Sequence record: NC_047889.1
Direction: 5' to 3' (one strand)
DNA from: Escherichia phage mutPK1A2
Length of the DNA stretch: 44,784 nucleotides
The notes beneath the pieces are model-generated. The model had not been told where the DNA came from. It was given only the letters and a program-made list of their open reading frames with translations, and ran no database searches. The position numbers and the translations under genes are program-made. Below are positions 1 to 8,771 of the stretch, piece after piece (within the stretch, counting starts at the first letter, position 1; every line of letters begins with the position of its first letter).

Positions 1-287
1 CTCGCCCTCGCCCTCGCCGGACTTTCCCCATATGGGGTCGCGCTGCGGTTGGCTTGGGAATTGGGCTAGGCTGGGCCGTCTTCAACCTGCTGCCGCAGGA
101 AGCTCGACGGGCTGGCTGAGGTTTGCCTTGTACTCGCTTAGTGGTACACAAGGAGAACGCCTAGGAAGCGCTAGGGCACGCCTTAGTATTGGACAAGGTG
201 ATTGCCTTAGTGCATCCGCTTAGGGCTTACACGGGCCGTTTTAGGGCCATTCCTGAGCGTTTGACAGGGTGTGTTGGTGTGGGCTAT
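1..287. repeat. Left direct terminal repeat (DTR), at least 287 bp
   Basis: Bases 1..287 are identical to 44498..44784 by direct reading; the right copy is cut by the window end so the true length may be longer. Begins with (CTCGCC)x3. Confidence 0.9.
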
Positions 288-329
288 CTGTTCGTTTCGT
301 CTCGCTGGCGCTCGCCTACACTCACCGCG

Positions 330-351
330 CTTGTGTATCCTTGGTATAATC
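330..351 (+). promoter_or_regulatory. Candidate host sigma70 promoter (extended -10 TGgTATAAT)
   Basis: Perfect TATAAT at 345..350 preceded by TG at 342..343; no good -35, so weak call. Confidence 0.3.
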
Positions 352-364
352 CTGATGGATAGCT

Positions 365-700
365 TAGGTTAACCTTAGTGGGTTGCCTTAGTTAAAGCCT
401 TAGTGCTTAGCTTAGTATCAACTTAGTAGTGTACCTTAGTTAGTCTTAGTGCCAGACCTTAGTGATTGCATAGCTAAAGCTATAAGATGCAATTAGGTCG
501 CGGTCGGTAGACCGCTAAGAGCAGGTAATAGTAATAAAGATGCAGTAGGAGGAACACCAGAAACCTAGCCAACCTAGTCTATCCTAGCTCTGTATCTATT
601 GCTCTTCCTTAGTCTCACATGCTAGACAACCTATGTTCACCTTAGTAGTTGTGACATGTATCACATAAATGATCTATCTTAGTGAAACTTAGTGTTGACA
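365..700 (+). repeat. Array of about 12 short CTTAGT / CCTTAGT repeats internal to the left DTR
   Basis: Recurring CCTTAGT, GCTTAGT, ACTTAGT, TCTTAGT units at irregular spacing between about 373 and 690; related CTTAGT units also inside the DTR (about 136, 183, 209). Confidence 0.7.
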
Positions 701-723
701 CAGAGGCAATCAACAGGTATACA
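695..723 (+). promoter_or_regulatory. Candidate host sigma70 early promoter (TTGACA-17 bp-TATACA)
   Basis: Consensus -35 TTGACA at 695..700, 17-bp spacer, TATACA at 718..723; lies upstream of the early genes as in T7 A-promoters. Confidence 0.45.
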
Positions 724-946
724 TTAGCAATCACTGAGGCGGACCTAGCAAGCTGCCTCAGGTTATAAGCAGGATAATTGATGCGTAGGTCATAGCTAGT
801 GAATGTAGTCGCATGAAGGCTTGAGTAAGGGGCCGTTTAATACCTTCTTCCTCTGGAGACAACGCTTATAGCACCGCTCTTTAACAATTTGCTTAGTGTA
901 ACCTATGTATGCCGTGGTTAATTACTTATTAAATGAGGTATTAACT

Positions 947-1078
947 ATGAGTTTAGCAACGCTGAGTTATGAAGAAATGTATGCAGCCTACTACAACGCA
1001 TTAGATGAAGGAGAAGAAGCATTGACCTTCGCTGAGTTTATGGAGGCTTTATGGAGTTTCTATCATGACTCTAAATAA
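947..1078 (+). CDS. Hypothetical early protein (43 aa, acidic)
   Basis: ATG with upstream TGAGGT; ORF below the 60-aa track cutoff, found by reading; overlaps the next ORF by 14 nt. Confidence 0.35.
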   Translation: MSLATLSYEEMYAAYYNALDEGEEALTFAEFMEALWSFYHDSK

Positions 1079-1247
1079 CCGTGAACTATCCGTTCTCTTC
1101 ACTCTGTTATGCTACATGATTCGTAACAACGAATTGCTTACAGATGATGAGTTGGCACTATATCACCGCTTTCTTAACGAAGGTTGGACAGATACAGTTA
1201 ACCATAAACGTGACTTGATGAAGGAGTTAAGCAATGTATCAGCATGA
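1065..1247 (+). CDS. Hypothetical early protein (60 aa)
   Basis: ORF track; GGAG 9 nt upstream; tight packing with neighbours. Confidence 0.4.
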   Translation: MTLNNRELSVLFTLLCYMIRNNELLTDDELALYHRFLNEGWTDTVNHKRDLMKELSNVSA

Positions 1248-1458
1248 GGTTTTCTTTGAATCAGCTAAAGAAGCTATTCGTTTGCATGATGATATGAAGT
1301 TAGCAGATATGAAGGTTGGCTTGACCAGCTTCCTGCTGGATTACAACATGGAATATCACCGCGTTACCTTGGTATCTGAGTATGACCATCAAACGATTAC
1401 CGAGTATCTAGGTAGCGAAGATTATGATTACGACCAAGTAATCACAACAGACCTGTAA
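1234..1458 (+). CDS. Hypothetical early protein (74 aa)
   Basis: ORF track; strong RBS AAGGAG before ATG. Confidence 0.5.
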   Translation: MYQHEVFFESAKEAIRLHDDMKLADMKVGLTSFLLDYNMEYHRVTLVSEYDHQTITEYLGSEDYDYDQVITTDL

Positions 1459-1584
1459 ATTAGCTATTGACAGCCACGGCATACAAGGTTACATTAAGCA
1501 TCAAGACGGCGACGTCTTTAAACATCCCGCTCTTTAACAATCTGGTTTGTGCCTTGATAGGCTTACTAACAAAGGTGAACTATC

Positions 1585-1749
1585 ATGACTAACGCACAAC
1601 GTAAACGCTATGATGCATTGCAAGAGAAACTTGCTGTTGCTTATGCCGCTTGGCAAGCTAACACAGACAAGAGCAAACACGATAAACTTTATAGTAAAGT
1701 GGTTGCAATTAATGCTAAAATAGATAAACTTGTGAATAGTATCTTATAA
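1585..1749 (+). CDS. Hypothetical early protein (54 aa, basic N-terminus)
   Basis: ATG preceded by AAAGGTGA; flanked by a 19-bp inverted repeat (1543..1561 / 1772..1790); not in the ORF track because under 60 aa. Confidence 0.4.
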   Translation: MTNAQRKRYDALQEKLAVAYAAWQANTDKSKHDKLYSKVVAINAKIDKLVNSIL

Positions 1750-1898
1750 GATAGTTGCTGGCACTAGCCAGCCTATCAAGGCACAAGCCACGCTCTTTAA
1801 CAATTTGGATAGAAGCTTCTTAGTCTGGATAGGTTAAACCTAGGGTATTCTTTTGAGTACCCTATAATGTAACCTAACTAACTAATGAGGATTAAATC

Positions 1899-2228
1899 AT
1901 GGAACGCAATGCTAACGCTTACTACAACCTTCTGGCTGCAACTGTTGAAGCATTCAACGAGCGTATTCAGTTTGATGAGATTCGCGAAGGTGATGATTAC
2001 TCTGATGCACTACATGAGGTTGTAGACAGCAATGTTCCAGTTTATTACAGCGAAATCTTTACTGTGATGGCTGCTGATGGCATTGATGTTGATTTTGAGG
2101 ATGCTGGTTTGATTCCTGACACGAAGGATGTAACCAAGATTCTACAAGCTCGCATCTATGAAGCTCTTTATAATGATGTACCAAATGACAGCGATGTAGT
2201 TTGGTATGAAGGCGAAGAAGAGGAATAA
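1899..2228 (+). CDS. ocr: Ocr-like DNA-mimic anti-restriction protein (T7 gene 0.3 homolog)
   Basis: Highly acidic 109-aa protein; segment [43 protein letters not shown] closely matches recalled T7 Ocr ([43 protein letters not shown]); acidic C-terminus; first sizeable early gene as in T7. Confidence 0.8.
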   Translation: [109 protein letters not shown]

Positions 2229-2336
2229 TAAGATGGAAAGGAAATATAACTTCATATTTTCAGACGGTGTGACCTTAAAATGTTCCTTGCGATTTGCACA
2301 GATTCGTGAGGAAGTACTAGGAACTACATACAAGCT

Positions 2337-2360
2337 ATTTAGCTGACACTATAAGAGAAG
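2337..2360 (+). promoter_or_regulatory. Variant phage-promoter-like element ATTTAGCTGACACTATAAGAGAAG
   Basis: Shares the GACACTATA core with the phage consensus but differs at -11 and around +1; may be a weak early promoter or a relic. Confidence 0.3.
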
Positions 2361-2422
2361 GCTTAACAAGGCGTTGCTACGGTAGCGCCTGATTAAACTT
2401 TCACTTACTAGGAGTTGAGATT

Positions 2423-2608
2423 ATGAAAACCTTGATTGGATGCTTCTTGTTGGCTTCTCTTGCTCTGGCATTTACCGCTAAAGCTGGTTATGACGCTTAT
2501 AAAGTAGAACAAGCCCAGCAAGACTGGGCCAAAAAGTTCAACTTGTGCAGCAAGAGCAACACCTACGAGTACTGCAACAAAACACTAAGACACTTATGGA
2601 AAGAGTAA
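2423..2608 (+). CDS. Small early protein with N-terminal signal peptide (61 aa, 3 Cys)
   Basis: RBS AGGAG; N-terminus MKTLIGCFLLASLALAFTAKA-G is a typical Sec signal peptide with an AKA cleavage motif. Confidence 0.5.
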   Translation: MKTLIGCFLLASLALAFTAKAGYDAYKVEQAQQDWAKKFNLCSKSNTYEYCNKTLRHLWKE

Positions 2609-2672
2609 CTAACCTATAGCCTGCCTGAGTGGGCTATGTGATATTTACTTACCACTATATAAGGTGATTACT

Positions 2673-3557
2673 ATGACTACTGAAAACACCCTCGTGTCTG
2701 TCCGTGAAGCTGCAACCGCTGAAATTAAGCAGCACTTAGACAATATCGGCACTTCTTACATCAAAGTTGGCGCTTGTCTGAATGAATTACGCGGTGATTT
2801 CGAAGGTCAAAAAGACTTTTTAGCTTATGTAGAATCAGAGTTCGGCATCAAGAAGGCACAATGCTACAAGCTGATGAGTGTAGCCCGTGTCTTTGAAGGA
2901 GACGAACGCTTTAAAGGTGTGGCTATGCGTGTAATGCTGGCGCTTGTTCCTTTCGCTGATGAAAATATAATCATGGAGAAGGCCGCAGAACTCGCCGCAG
3001 ATGGCAAGCTGGACACTAACGCCGTAAACGCCTTGATTGAGCCTAAGAAAGAGATAAAGGCCGAAACGGTACAATCTAAGGCTGAGACAGTAAAACCGCA
3101 GGAGAACGCGACTGAGGCCGCAGAATCACAGGAAATGCAAGCGCCGCAGGTAGTGCCACCCGCGAGCGAGCAGGAGGCCGACGAATCAGCACCATGGGGA
3201 GAGGAAAGCAAGCCGGAGGCACCGAAGGCCGCGCCGCTGGATAACACGGCTAATACTGAGAATGCCGCTATTGCTGGTCTGCTGGCACAAATTAAAGCAC
3301 TGACTGAGCAATTACAGGCAGCCAATGATCGCATCGCCTCCTTAAGTAGCGCACGCGAAAGCAAGAAGGCAGCCGCGCCTATGCTGCCGCAATTCAAATC
3401 TTCCTGCTTCTATGCTCGCTTAGGTTTAAGCGCTGAGGAGGCAACGAAGAAAACAGCAGTTAACAAGGCACGCCGCGAACTGGTTAAGCTAGGCTACGGT
3501 GAAGGCCATGAAGCATGGCCCTTAATCTCTGAGGCAGTAGAAGAGTTGACTAAGTAA
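2673..3557 (+). CDS. Hypothetical early protein (294 aa; globular N-domain, acidic Ala/Glu-rich linker, C-domain)
   Basis: Long ORF with SD AAGGTG before ATG 2673 (track start 2664 is GTG); sits immediately upstream of the RNAP gene, the slot held by gene 0.7 in T7, but with no kinase motifs seen. Confidence 0.6.
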   Translation: MTTENTLVSVREAATAEIKQHLDNIGTSYIKVGACLNELRGDFEGQKDFLAYVESEFGIKKAQCYKLMSVARVFEGDERFKGVAMRVMLALVPFADENIIMEKAAELAADGKLDTNAVNALIEPKKEIKAETVQSKAETVKPQENATEAAESQEMQAPQVVPPASEQEADESAPWGEESKPEAPKAAPLDNTANTENAAIAGLLAQIKALTEQLQAANDRIASLSSARESKKAAAPMLPQFKSSCFYARLGLSAEEATKKTAVNKARRELVKLGYGEGHEAWPLISEAVEELTK

Positions 3558-3620
3558 CCTTATCGGTGGCATCTTCTTAGGTGTCACCTATTAAGGTTTC
3601 TTTCACTAGGAGTAAACAAG

Positions 3621-6248
3621 ATGCAAGACCTACACGCTATTCAACTTCAACTTGAAGAAGAAATGTTTAACGGCGGTATCCGTCGCTTTGAAGCGGACCA
3701 ACAACGCCAGATTGCATCCGGTAATGAATCAGACACGGCATGGAATCGCCGCTTATTGTCCGAACTAATCGCACCTATGGCGGAAGGTATTCAGGCTTAC
3801 AAGGAAGAATACGAAGGCAAGAGAGGTCGTGCACCACGTGCATTAGCTTTCATTAACTGCGTAGAAAACGAAGTAGCAGCATATATCACCATGAAAATCG
3901 TTATGGACATGCTGAATACAGACGTTACCTTACAAGCCATCGCTATGAATGTAGCGGACCGCATCGAAGACCAAGTACGTTTTAGCAAGCTGGAAGGTCA
4001 CGCAGCTAAATACTTTGAGAAAGTGAAGAAGTCGCTTAAGGCTAGCAAGACTAAATCTTATCGTCATGCGCACAACGTAGCGGTAGTAGCTGAGAAATCT
4101 GTTGCTGACCGTGACGCGGATTTCTCCCGTTGGGAGGCATGGCCTAAAGACACCTTGCTGCAAATCGGTATGACCTTGCTCGAAATATTGGAGAATAGTG
4201 TATTCTTCAATGGTCAACCTGTCTTCCTTCGTACCTTGCGCACTAACGGCGGAAAGCATGGTGTTTACTATTTACAGACCAGTGAACATGTTGGCGAGTG
4301 GATAACTGCATTTAAGGAACATGTAGCGCAGCTCAGCCCTGCCTATGCACCTTGCGTTATACCTCCCCGCCCTTGGGTATCACCTTTTAACGGTGGGTTT
4401 CATACTGAGAAAGTAGCAAGCCGTATTCGTCTGGTAAAAGGCAATCGTGAGCACGTCCGCAAGCTGACCAAAAAGCAAATGCCAGCGGTTTACAAGGCTG
4501 TTAACGCTTTGCAGGCGACTAAGTGGCAGGTTAATAAAGAGGTTTTGCAGGTAGTAGAAGACGTTATCCGTCTCGACCTTGGTTATGGTGTGCCTTCCTT
4601 TAAACCGCTCATTGACCGCGAGAACAAGCCAGCTAATCCAGTGCCGCTAGAATTTCAGCACCTACGGGGCCGTGAACTGAAAGAAATGCTTACGCCGGAA
4701 CAATGGCAAGCCTTTATCAACTGGAAAGGTGAATGCACCAAGCTGTATACCGCTGAGACTAAGCGCGGCAGCAAATCGGCGGCGACCGTCCGCATGGTAG
4801 GACAGGCCCGTAAATACAGCCAGTTTGACGCAATATACTTCGTGTATGCACTGGACAGCCGCAGCCGCGTCTACGCGCAATCTAGCACGCTCTCTCCGCA
4901 ATCAAACGACTTAGGCAAGGCATTGCTCCGTTTTACCGAAGGGCAGCGCCTTGATAGCGCTGAGGTGCTTAAATGGTTTTTGGTGAACGGGGCTAATAAC
5001 TGGGGTTGGGATAAGAAAACTTTTGACGTGCGCACCGCTAACGTGCTGGATAGTGAATTTCAAGACATGTGCCGCGACATTGCAGCGGATCCGCTGACCT
5101 TCACTCAATGGGTTAATGCCGACTCCCCTTACGACTTCCTTGCTTGGTGCTTTGAATATGCGCGTTATCTGGATGCACTGGATGAAGGCACGCAAGACCA
5201 ATTCATGACGCACCTCCCAGTCCATCAAGATGGTAGTTGTTCTGGTATCCAGCACTACAGTGCTATGCTACGCGATGCAGTAGGTGCGAAAGCGGTAAAC
5301 CTTAAGCCCTCTGACTCCCCTCAAGATATTTATGGTGCCGTTGCGCAGGTAGTAATTCAGAAGAATTATGCATACATGAATGCAGAGGATGCGGAAACCT
5401 TCACTTCTGGCAGCGTGACTTTAACAGGTGCAGAACTTCGTAGCATGGCTAGTGCGTGGGATATGATAGGAATCACTCGCGGCCTGACCAAAAAGCCCGT
5501 AATGACACTACCTTACGGCAGCACACGTCTAACCTGCCGTGAGTCAGTGATTGATTATATCGTTGATTTAGAAGAAAAAGAGGCCCAACGGGCTATTGCG
5601 GAAGGGCGTACCGCCAACCCTGTACATCCTTTTGATAATGACCGTAAGGACAGCCTGACACCTAGCGCAGCTTATAACTATATGACAGCTCTAATCTGGC
5701 CTTCTATCTCGGAAGTGGTTAAAGCTCCTATAGTGGCAATGAAAATGATTCGTCAGCTTGCACGTTTCGCAGCTAAAAGAAACGAAGGCTTAGAATATCC
5801 CTTACCAACTGGCTTCATCTTGCAACAAAAGATAATGGCTACCGATATGCTCCGCGTATCCACTTGCTTGATGGGTGAAATCAAGATGAGTCTCCAGATT
5901 GAAACAGATGTAGTTGATGAAACGGCAATGATGGGTGCGGCTGCTCCTAACTTCGTCCATGGTCACGATGCTAGCCACCTGATTCTGACTGTATGTGACC
6001 TAGTGGATAAAGGTATTACATCCATTGCAGTCATCCATGATTCTTTCGGTACTCATGCAGGACGTACCGCAGACCTGCGGGATAGCTTAAGGGAAGAAAT
6101 GGTTAAGATGTATCAAAACCATAATGCCCTGCAAAACCTGCTAGATGTGCACGAAGAGCGTTGGTTAGTAGACACCGGAATCCAAGTACCAGAGCAAGGG
6201 GAGTTTGACCTTAACGAAATCTTAGTTTCAGACTATTGCTTCGCATAA
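3621..6248 (+). CDS. Single-subunit DNA-dependent RNA polymerase, SP6-type
   Basis: 875 aa; N-terminus [32 protein letters not shown] recognised as SP6 RNAP; catalytic motifs [13 protein letters not shown] and HDSFGTH present; RBS AGGAG. Confidence 0.95.
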   Translation: MQDLHAIQLQLEEEMFNGGIRRFEADQQRQIASGNESDTAWNRRLLSELIAPMAEGIQAYKEEYEGKRGRAPRALAFINCVENEVAAYITMKIVMDMLNTDVTLQAIAMNVADRIEDQVRFSKLEGHAAKYFEKVKKSLKASKTKSYRHAHNVAVVAEKSVADRDADFSRWEAWPKDTLLQIGMTLLEILENSVFFNGQPVFLRTLRTNGGKHGVYYLQTSEHVGEWITAFKEHVAQLSPAYAPCVIPPRPWVSPFNGGFHTEKVASRIRLVKGNREHVRKLTKKQMPAVYKAVNALQATKWQVNKEVLQVVEDVIRLDLGYGVPSFKPLIDRENKPANPVPLEFQHLRGRELKEMLTPEQWQAFINWKGECTKLYTAETKRGSKSAATVRMVGQARKYSQFDAIYFVYALDSRSRVYAQSSTLSPQSNDLGKALLRFTEGQRLDSAEVLKWFLVNGANNWGWDKKTFDVRTANVLDSEFQDMCRDIAADPLTFTQWVNADSPYDFLAWCFEYARYLDALDEGTQDQFMTHLPVHQDGSCSGIQHYSAMLRDAVGAKAVNLKPSDSPQDIYGAVAQVVIQKNYAYMNAEDAETFTSGSVTLTGAELRSMASAWDMIGITRGLTKKPVMTLPYGSTRLTCRESVIDYIVDLEEKEAQRAIAEGRTANPVHPFDNDRKDSLTPSAAYNYMTALIWPSISEVVKAPIVAMKMIRQLARFAAKRNEGLEYPLPTGFILQQKIMATDMLRVSTCLMGEIKMSLQIETDVVDETAMMGAAAPNFVHGHDASHLILTVCDLVDKGITSIAVIHDSFGTHAGRTADLRDSLREEMVKMYQNHNALQNLLDVHEERWLVDTGIQVPEQGEFDLNEILVSDYCFA

Positions 6249-6255
6249 TATTAAT

Positions 6256-6288
6256 AGGCCATTCCTTCTGGAGTGGCCTTTCCTTTTA
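6256..6288 (+). terminator. Candidate intrinsic terminator after the RNAP gene
   Basis: 10-bp stem AGGCCATTCC / GGAGTGGCCT with loop TTCT followed by TTCCTTTT. Confidence 0.5.
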
Positions 6289-6322
6289 CCTACTACCTGT
6301 AACATTTCATTAACATAAACGT

Positions 6323-6338
6323 GTCTCACATGTGAGAC
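6323..6338. repeat. 16-bp perfect palindrome GTCTCACATGTGAGAC (copy 1)
   Basis: Exact palindrome directly upstream of the promoter at 6341. Confidence 0.85.
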
Positions 6339-6340
6339 TT

Positions 6341-6363
6341 ATTTACCGGACACTATAGGAGAA
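6341..6363 (+). promoter_or_regulatory. Phage RNAP promoter ATTTACCGGACACTATAGGAGAA
   Basis: Matches the recurring consensus ATTTAC(T/C)GGACACTATAGAAG; GACACTATAG core as in SP6-class promoters. Confidence 0.7.
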
Positions 6364-6505
6364 ACCATCGGAGATGGGAAAGAGAAGGGAAGTTAAAGGA
6401 TATAAAGGTAGTAATAGGTATTAAAGGTTATATAGGTTACCTAGGAATACCTATTACCTTCCTCCTTCCTCTTATTACTACTTAGAGGAAGGGCAGACCT
6501 AGGTT

Positions 6506-6521
6506 GTCTCACATGTGAGAC
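6506..6521. repeat. 16-bp palindrome GTCTCACATGTGAGAC (copy 2)
   Basis: Exact copy, again directly upstream of a promoter-like element. Confidence 0.85.
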
Positions 6522-6526
6522 TTCGT

Positions 6527-6549
6527 ATTTACCGGACAGTATAGATAAG
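6527..6549 (+). promoter_or_regulatory. Degenerate promoter-like element ATTTACCGGACAGTATAGATAAG
   Basis: Two core substitutions (CAGTATAGAT vs CACTATAGAA); tandem with the promoter at 6341, reminiscent of the T7 phi1.1A/1.1B pair. Confidence 0.4.
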
Positions 6550-6574
6550 ACTAATTCACTTTGGAGATTTAACC

Positions 6575-6703
6575 ATGCGTAACTTTGAGAAGATGACCCG
6601 TAAAGCTAACCGTTTTGACATGGAAGAAGGGCAGACGAAAGGCAAGAAGCTGAATAAGCCTGTCCGTGACCGTGCATCTAAACGCGCTGCGTGGGAGTTC
6701 TAA
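6575..6703 (+). CDS. Small basic protein (42 aa), gene 1.1-like
   Basis: MRNFEKMTRKANRF... starts like my recollection of T7 gp1.1 and sits right after the RNAP gene; RBS GGAG; below the ORF-track size cutoff. Confidence 0.5.
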   Translation: MRNFEKMTRKANRFDMEEGQTKGKKLNKPVRDRASKRAAWEF

Positions 6704-6706
6704 GTT

Positions 6707-8695
6707 ATGACTATTATTCAGAATGTACCGTGTCCTGCCTGTCAAAAGAATGGACATGATATTACTGGCAACCATCTTATGATATTTGAGGATGGCGCTG
6801 GTTACTGTAACCGTGGTCACTTCCATGATAACGGTAAGCCTTATTACCATAAGCCAGAGGGTGGCATCGAGATAACCGAATTGCCTATTACTGGCAATAT
6901 TAAATATACACCTTCTCAGTTTAAAGAGATGGAGAAGGAAGGGAAGATTAGCGACCCTAAGCTACGCGCCATCGCACTTGGTGGTATGCGTATGAAAGAC
7001 CGTTGGGGGGTTATGAATGAGCAAGAAAGGGCAGACCAAGAAGCAGAGTGGAAACTTGATGTTGAATGGTTCCTCACGCTTAAGCGTAAGAACCTTGTAT
7101 CCCGTCACATTCGAGGTGACATCGCAGCAATGTACGATGTGCGCGTTGGACACGATGAAGAGGGAAGAGTCAACCGTCACTATTATCCACGATATGAAAA
7201 GGGTGTGCTTGTTGGAGCAAAATGCCGGACGTTGCCGAAGGATTTTAAGTTCGGACACCTAGGTAAACTCTTTGGTATGCAAGATCTTTTCGGGATGAAT
7301 ACTTTGTCTCACGTGTTAGACAAGGGAAGACGAAAGGATTGCTTGCTTATTGTGGGCGGCGAACTGGATGCACTAGCAGCACAGCAAATGCTCCTTGATT
7401 CTGCCAAGGGTACTAAGTGGGAAGGCCAGCCTTATCATGTATGGTCTGTCAACAAAGGCGAGTCTTGCCTTGAAGAGATAGTGCAGAACCGTGAGCATAT
7501 CGCCCAATTCAAGAAGATTATATGGGGTTTTGATGGAGATGAGGTAGGGCAGAAGCAGAATCAGCAAGCGGCTCGCCTGTTTCCTGGCAAATCCTATATC
7601 CTTGAATACCCATCTGGTTGCAAAGATGCTAACAAGGCATTGATGGCTGGCAAGGCTAAAGAGTTTGTTGATGCTTGGTTTAATGCCAAGTCATCTGATG
7701 AAGTCTTTGGTAGCCAGATTAAATCTATCGCATCTCAAAGGGATAAGCTCAAGGCTGCACGTCCAGAGCAAGGGCTATCATGGCCTTGGCCTAAGCTGAA
7801 CAAGGTAACGCTAGGTATTCGTAAGAACCAGCTTATCATTGTAGGTGCAGGCTCTGGTGTAGGTAAGACTGAGTTCCTCCGCGAAGTGGTTAAACATCTT
7901 ATTGAAGAACACGGTGAATCTGTAGGCATCATTTCTACAGAAGACCCGATGGTCAAGGTGTCCCGTGCTTTTATCGGTAAGTGGATTGATAAGCGCATTG
8001 AGTTACCGCCAACCAATGACCCGAAAGAAGACGGATACCGTGAGGTGTTCGACTACACCGAGGAAGAAGCTAACGCTGCCATTGATTATGTGGCTGATAC
8101 AGGAAAGCTATTTGTGGCTGACCTAGAAGGCGACTATTCTATGGAGAAGGTAGAGCAAACTTGCCTAGAGTTTGAGGCTATGGGCATTTCTAATATCATC
8201 ATTGATAACTTAACGGGGATTAAATTAGATGAGCGTGCTTTTGGTGGGAAGGTTGGTGCACTTGATGAATGCGTCAAACGAATTGGTACTATCAAAGACC
8301 GACATGCGGTTACGATTTTCCTTGTCTCTCACCTTACACGTCCTCCGGCAAACCGTACCCAACACGAAGAAGGTGGCGAAGTTATCCTTTCTGACTTCCG
8401 AGGCTCAGGCGCTATCGGATTCTGGGCATCTTACGCCTTGGGGATTGAGCGTAATACAAGAGCTGAAACGCTTGATGAAAGGACTACCACGTACATCTCG
8501 TGTGTCAAAGACCGCGACCAAGGAATCTACACTGGAACCAAGGTCATGCTTAAGGGTGACATTCAAACCGGACGTTTAATGGAACCACAAGCCCGTACTA
8601 AGTCATTTGATACAGGTGAAGCAAGGCAACAAGAAGTACCTGATTTACCTGACACTATAGAAGGGACTAACTTCGATGAAGAAAGTGAGTTCTGA
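6707..8695 (+). CDS. DNA primase/helicase (T7 gp4-like)
   Basis: 662 aa; N-terminal Cys zinc-binding region (CPACQ...CNRGH), Walker A GAGSGVGKT, acidic C-terminus ending EESEF. Confidence 0.9.
   Translation: MTIIQNVPCPACQKNGHDITGNHLMIFEDGAGYCNRGHFHDNGKPYYHKPEGGIEITELPITGNIKYTPSQFKEMEKEGKISDPKLRAIALGGMRMKDRWGVMNEQERADQEAEWKLDVEWFLTLKRKNLVSRHIRGDIAAMYDVRVGHDEEGRVNRHYYPRYEKGVLVGAKCRTLPKDFKFGHLGKLFGMQDLFGMNTLSHVLDKGRRKDCLLIVGGELDALAAQQMLLDSAKGTKWEGQPYHVWSVNKGESCLEEIVQNREHIAQFKKIIWGFDGDEVGQKQNQQAARLFPGKSYILEYPSGCKDANKALMAGKAKEFVDAWFNAKSSDEVFGSQIKSIASQRDKLKAARPEQGLSWPWPKLNKVTLGIRKNQLIIVGAGSGVGKTEFLREVVKHLIEEHGESVGIISTEDPMVKVSRAFIGKWIDKRIELPPTNDPKEDGYREVFDYTEEEANAAIDYVADTGKLFVADLEGDYSMEKVEQTCLEFEAMGISNIIIDNLTGIKLDERAFGGKVGALDECVKRIGTIKDRHAVTIFLVSHLTRPPANRTQHEEGGEVILSDFRGSGAIGFWASYALGIERNTRAETLDERTTTYISCVKDRDQGIYTGTKVMLKGDIQTGRLMEPQARTKSFDTGEARQQEVPDLPDTIEGTNFDEESEF
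8643..8665 (+). promoter_or_regulatory. Phage promoter ATTTACCTGACACTATAGAAGGG inside the 3' end of the primase/helicase gene
   Basis: Good consensus match; T7-like phages often embed promoters in the ends of genes. Confidence 0.6.
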
Positions 8696-8716
8696 TTAGT
8701 GTATTTATTAGGGCTT

Positions 8717-8732
8717 GTCTCACATGTGAGAC
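8717..8732. repeat. 16-bp palindrome GTCTCACATGTGAGAC (copy 3, extended stem CTTGTCTCACATGTGAGACAGG)
   Basis: Exact core with extended complementary arms, followed by CTCTTATT. Confidence 0.85.
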
Positions 8733-8771
8733 AGGCTCTTATTAAGTATATTAAATAACTGGAGATTGATT

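Noticed and set aside
32-223. 63-aa ORF inside the left terminal repeat (duplicated at 44488..44721)
   Set aside because: Lies wholly within the GC-rich terminal repeat, has no RBS, and is simply the same repeat read in one frame; terminal repeats of T7-like phages are non-coding.
2233-2346. 37-codon ORF immediately after the Ocr-like gene
   Set aside because: Weak SD at suboptimal spacing and very short; it also overlaps the variant promoter-like element at 2337..2360, so it is more likely non-coding leader.
2641-2664. Promoter-like string ATATTTACTTACCACTATATAAGG upstream of the 294-aa early gene
   Set aside because: Four mismatches including the conserved G at the end of CACTATAG; more likely AT-rich leader with chance similarity.
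3560-3600. SP6-promoter-like string CTTAGGTGTCACCTATTAAGG just upstream of the RNAP gene
   Set aside because: About four mismatches to either promoter form, including the CACTATAG core; the RNAP gene must be transcribed by host RNAP, so this is probably chance resemblance or a relic.
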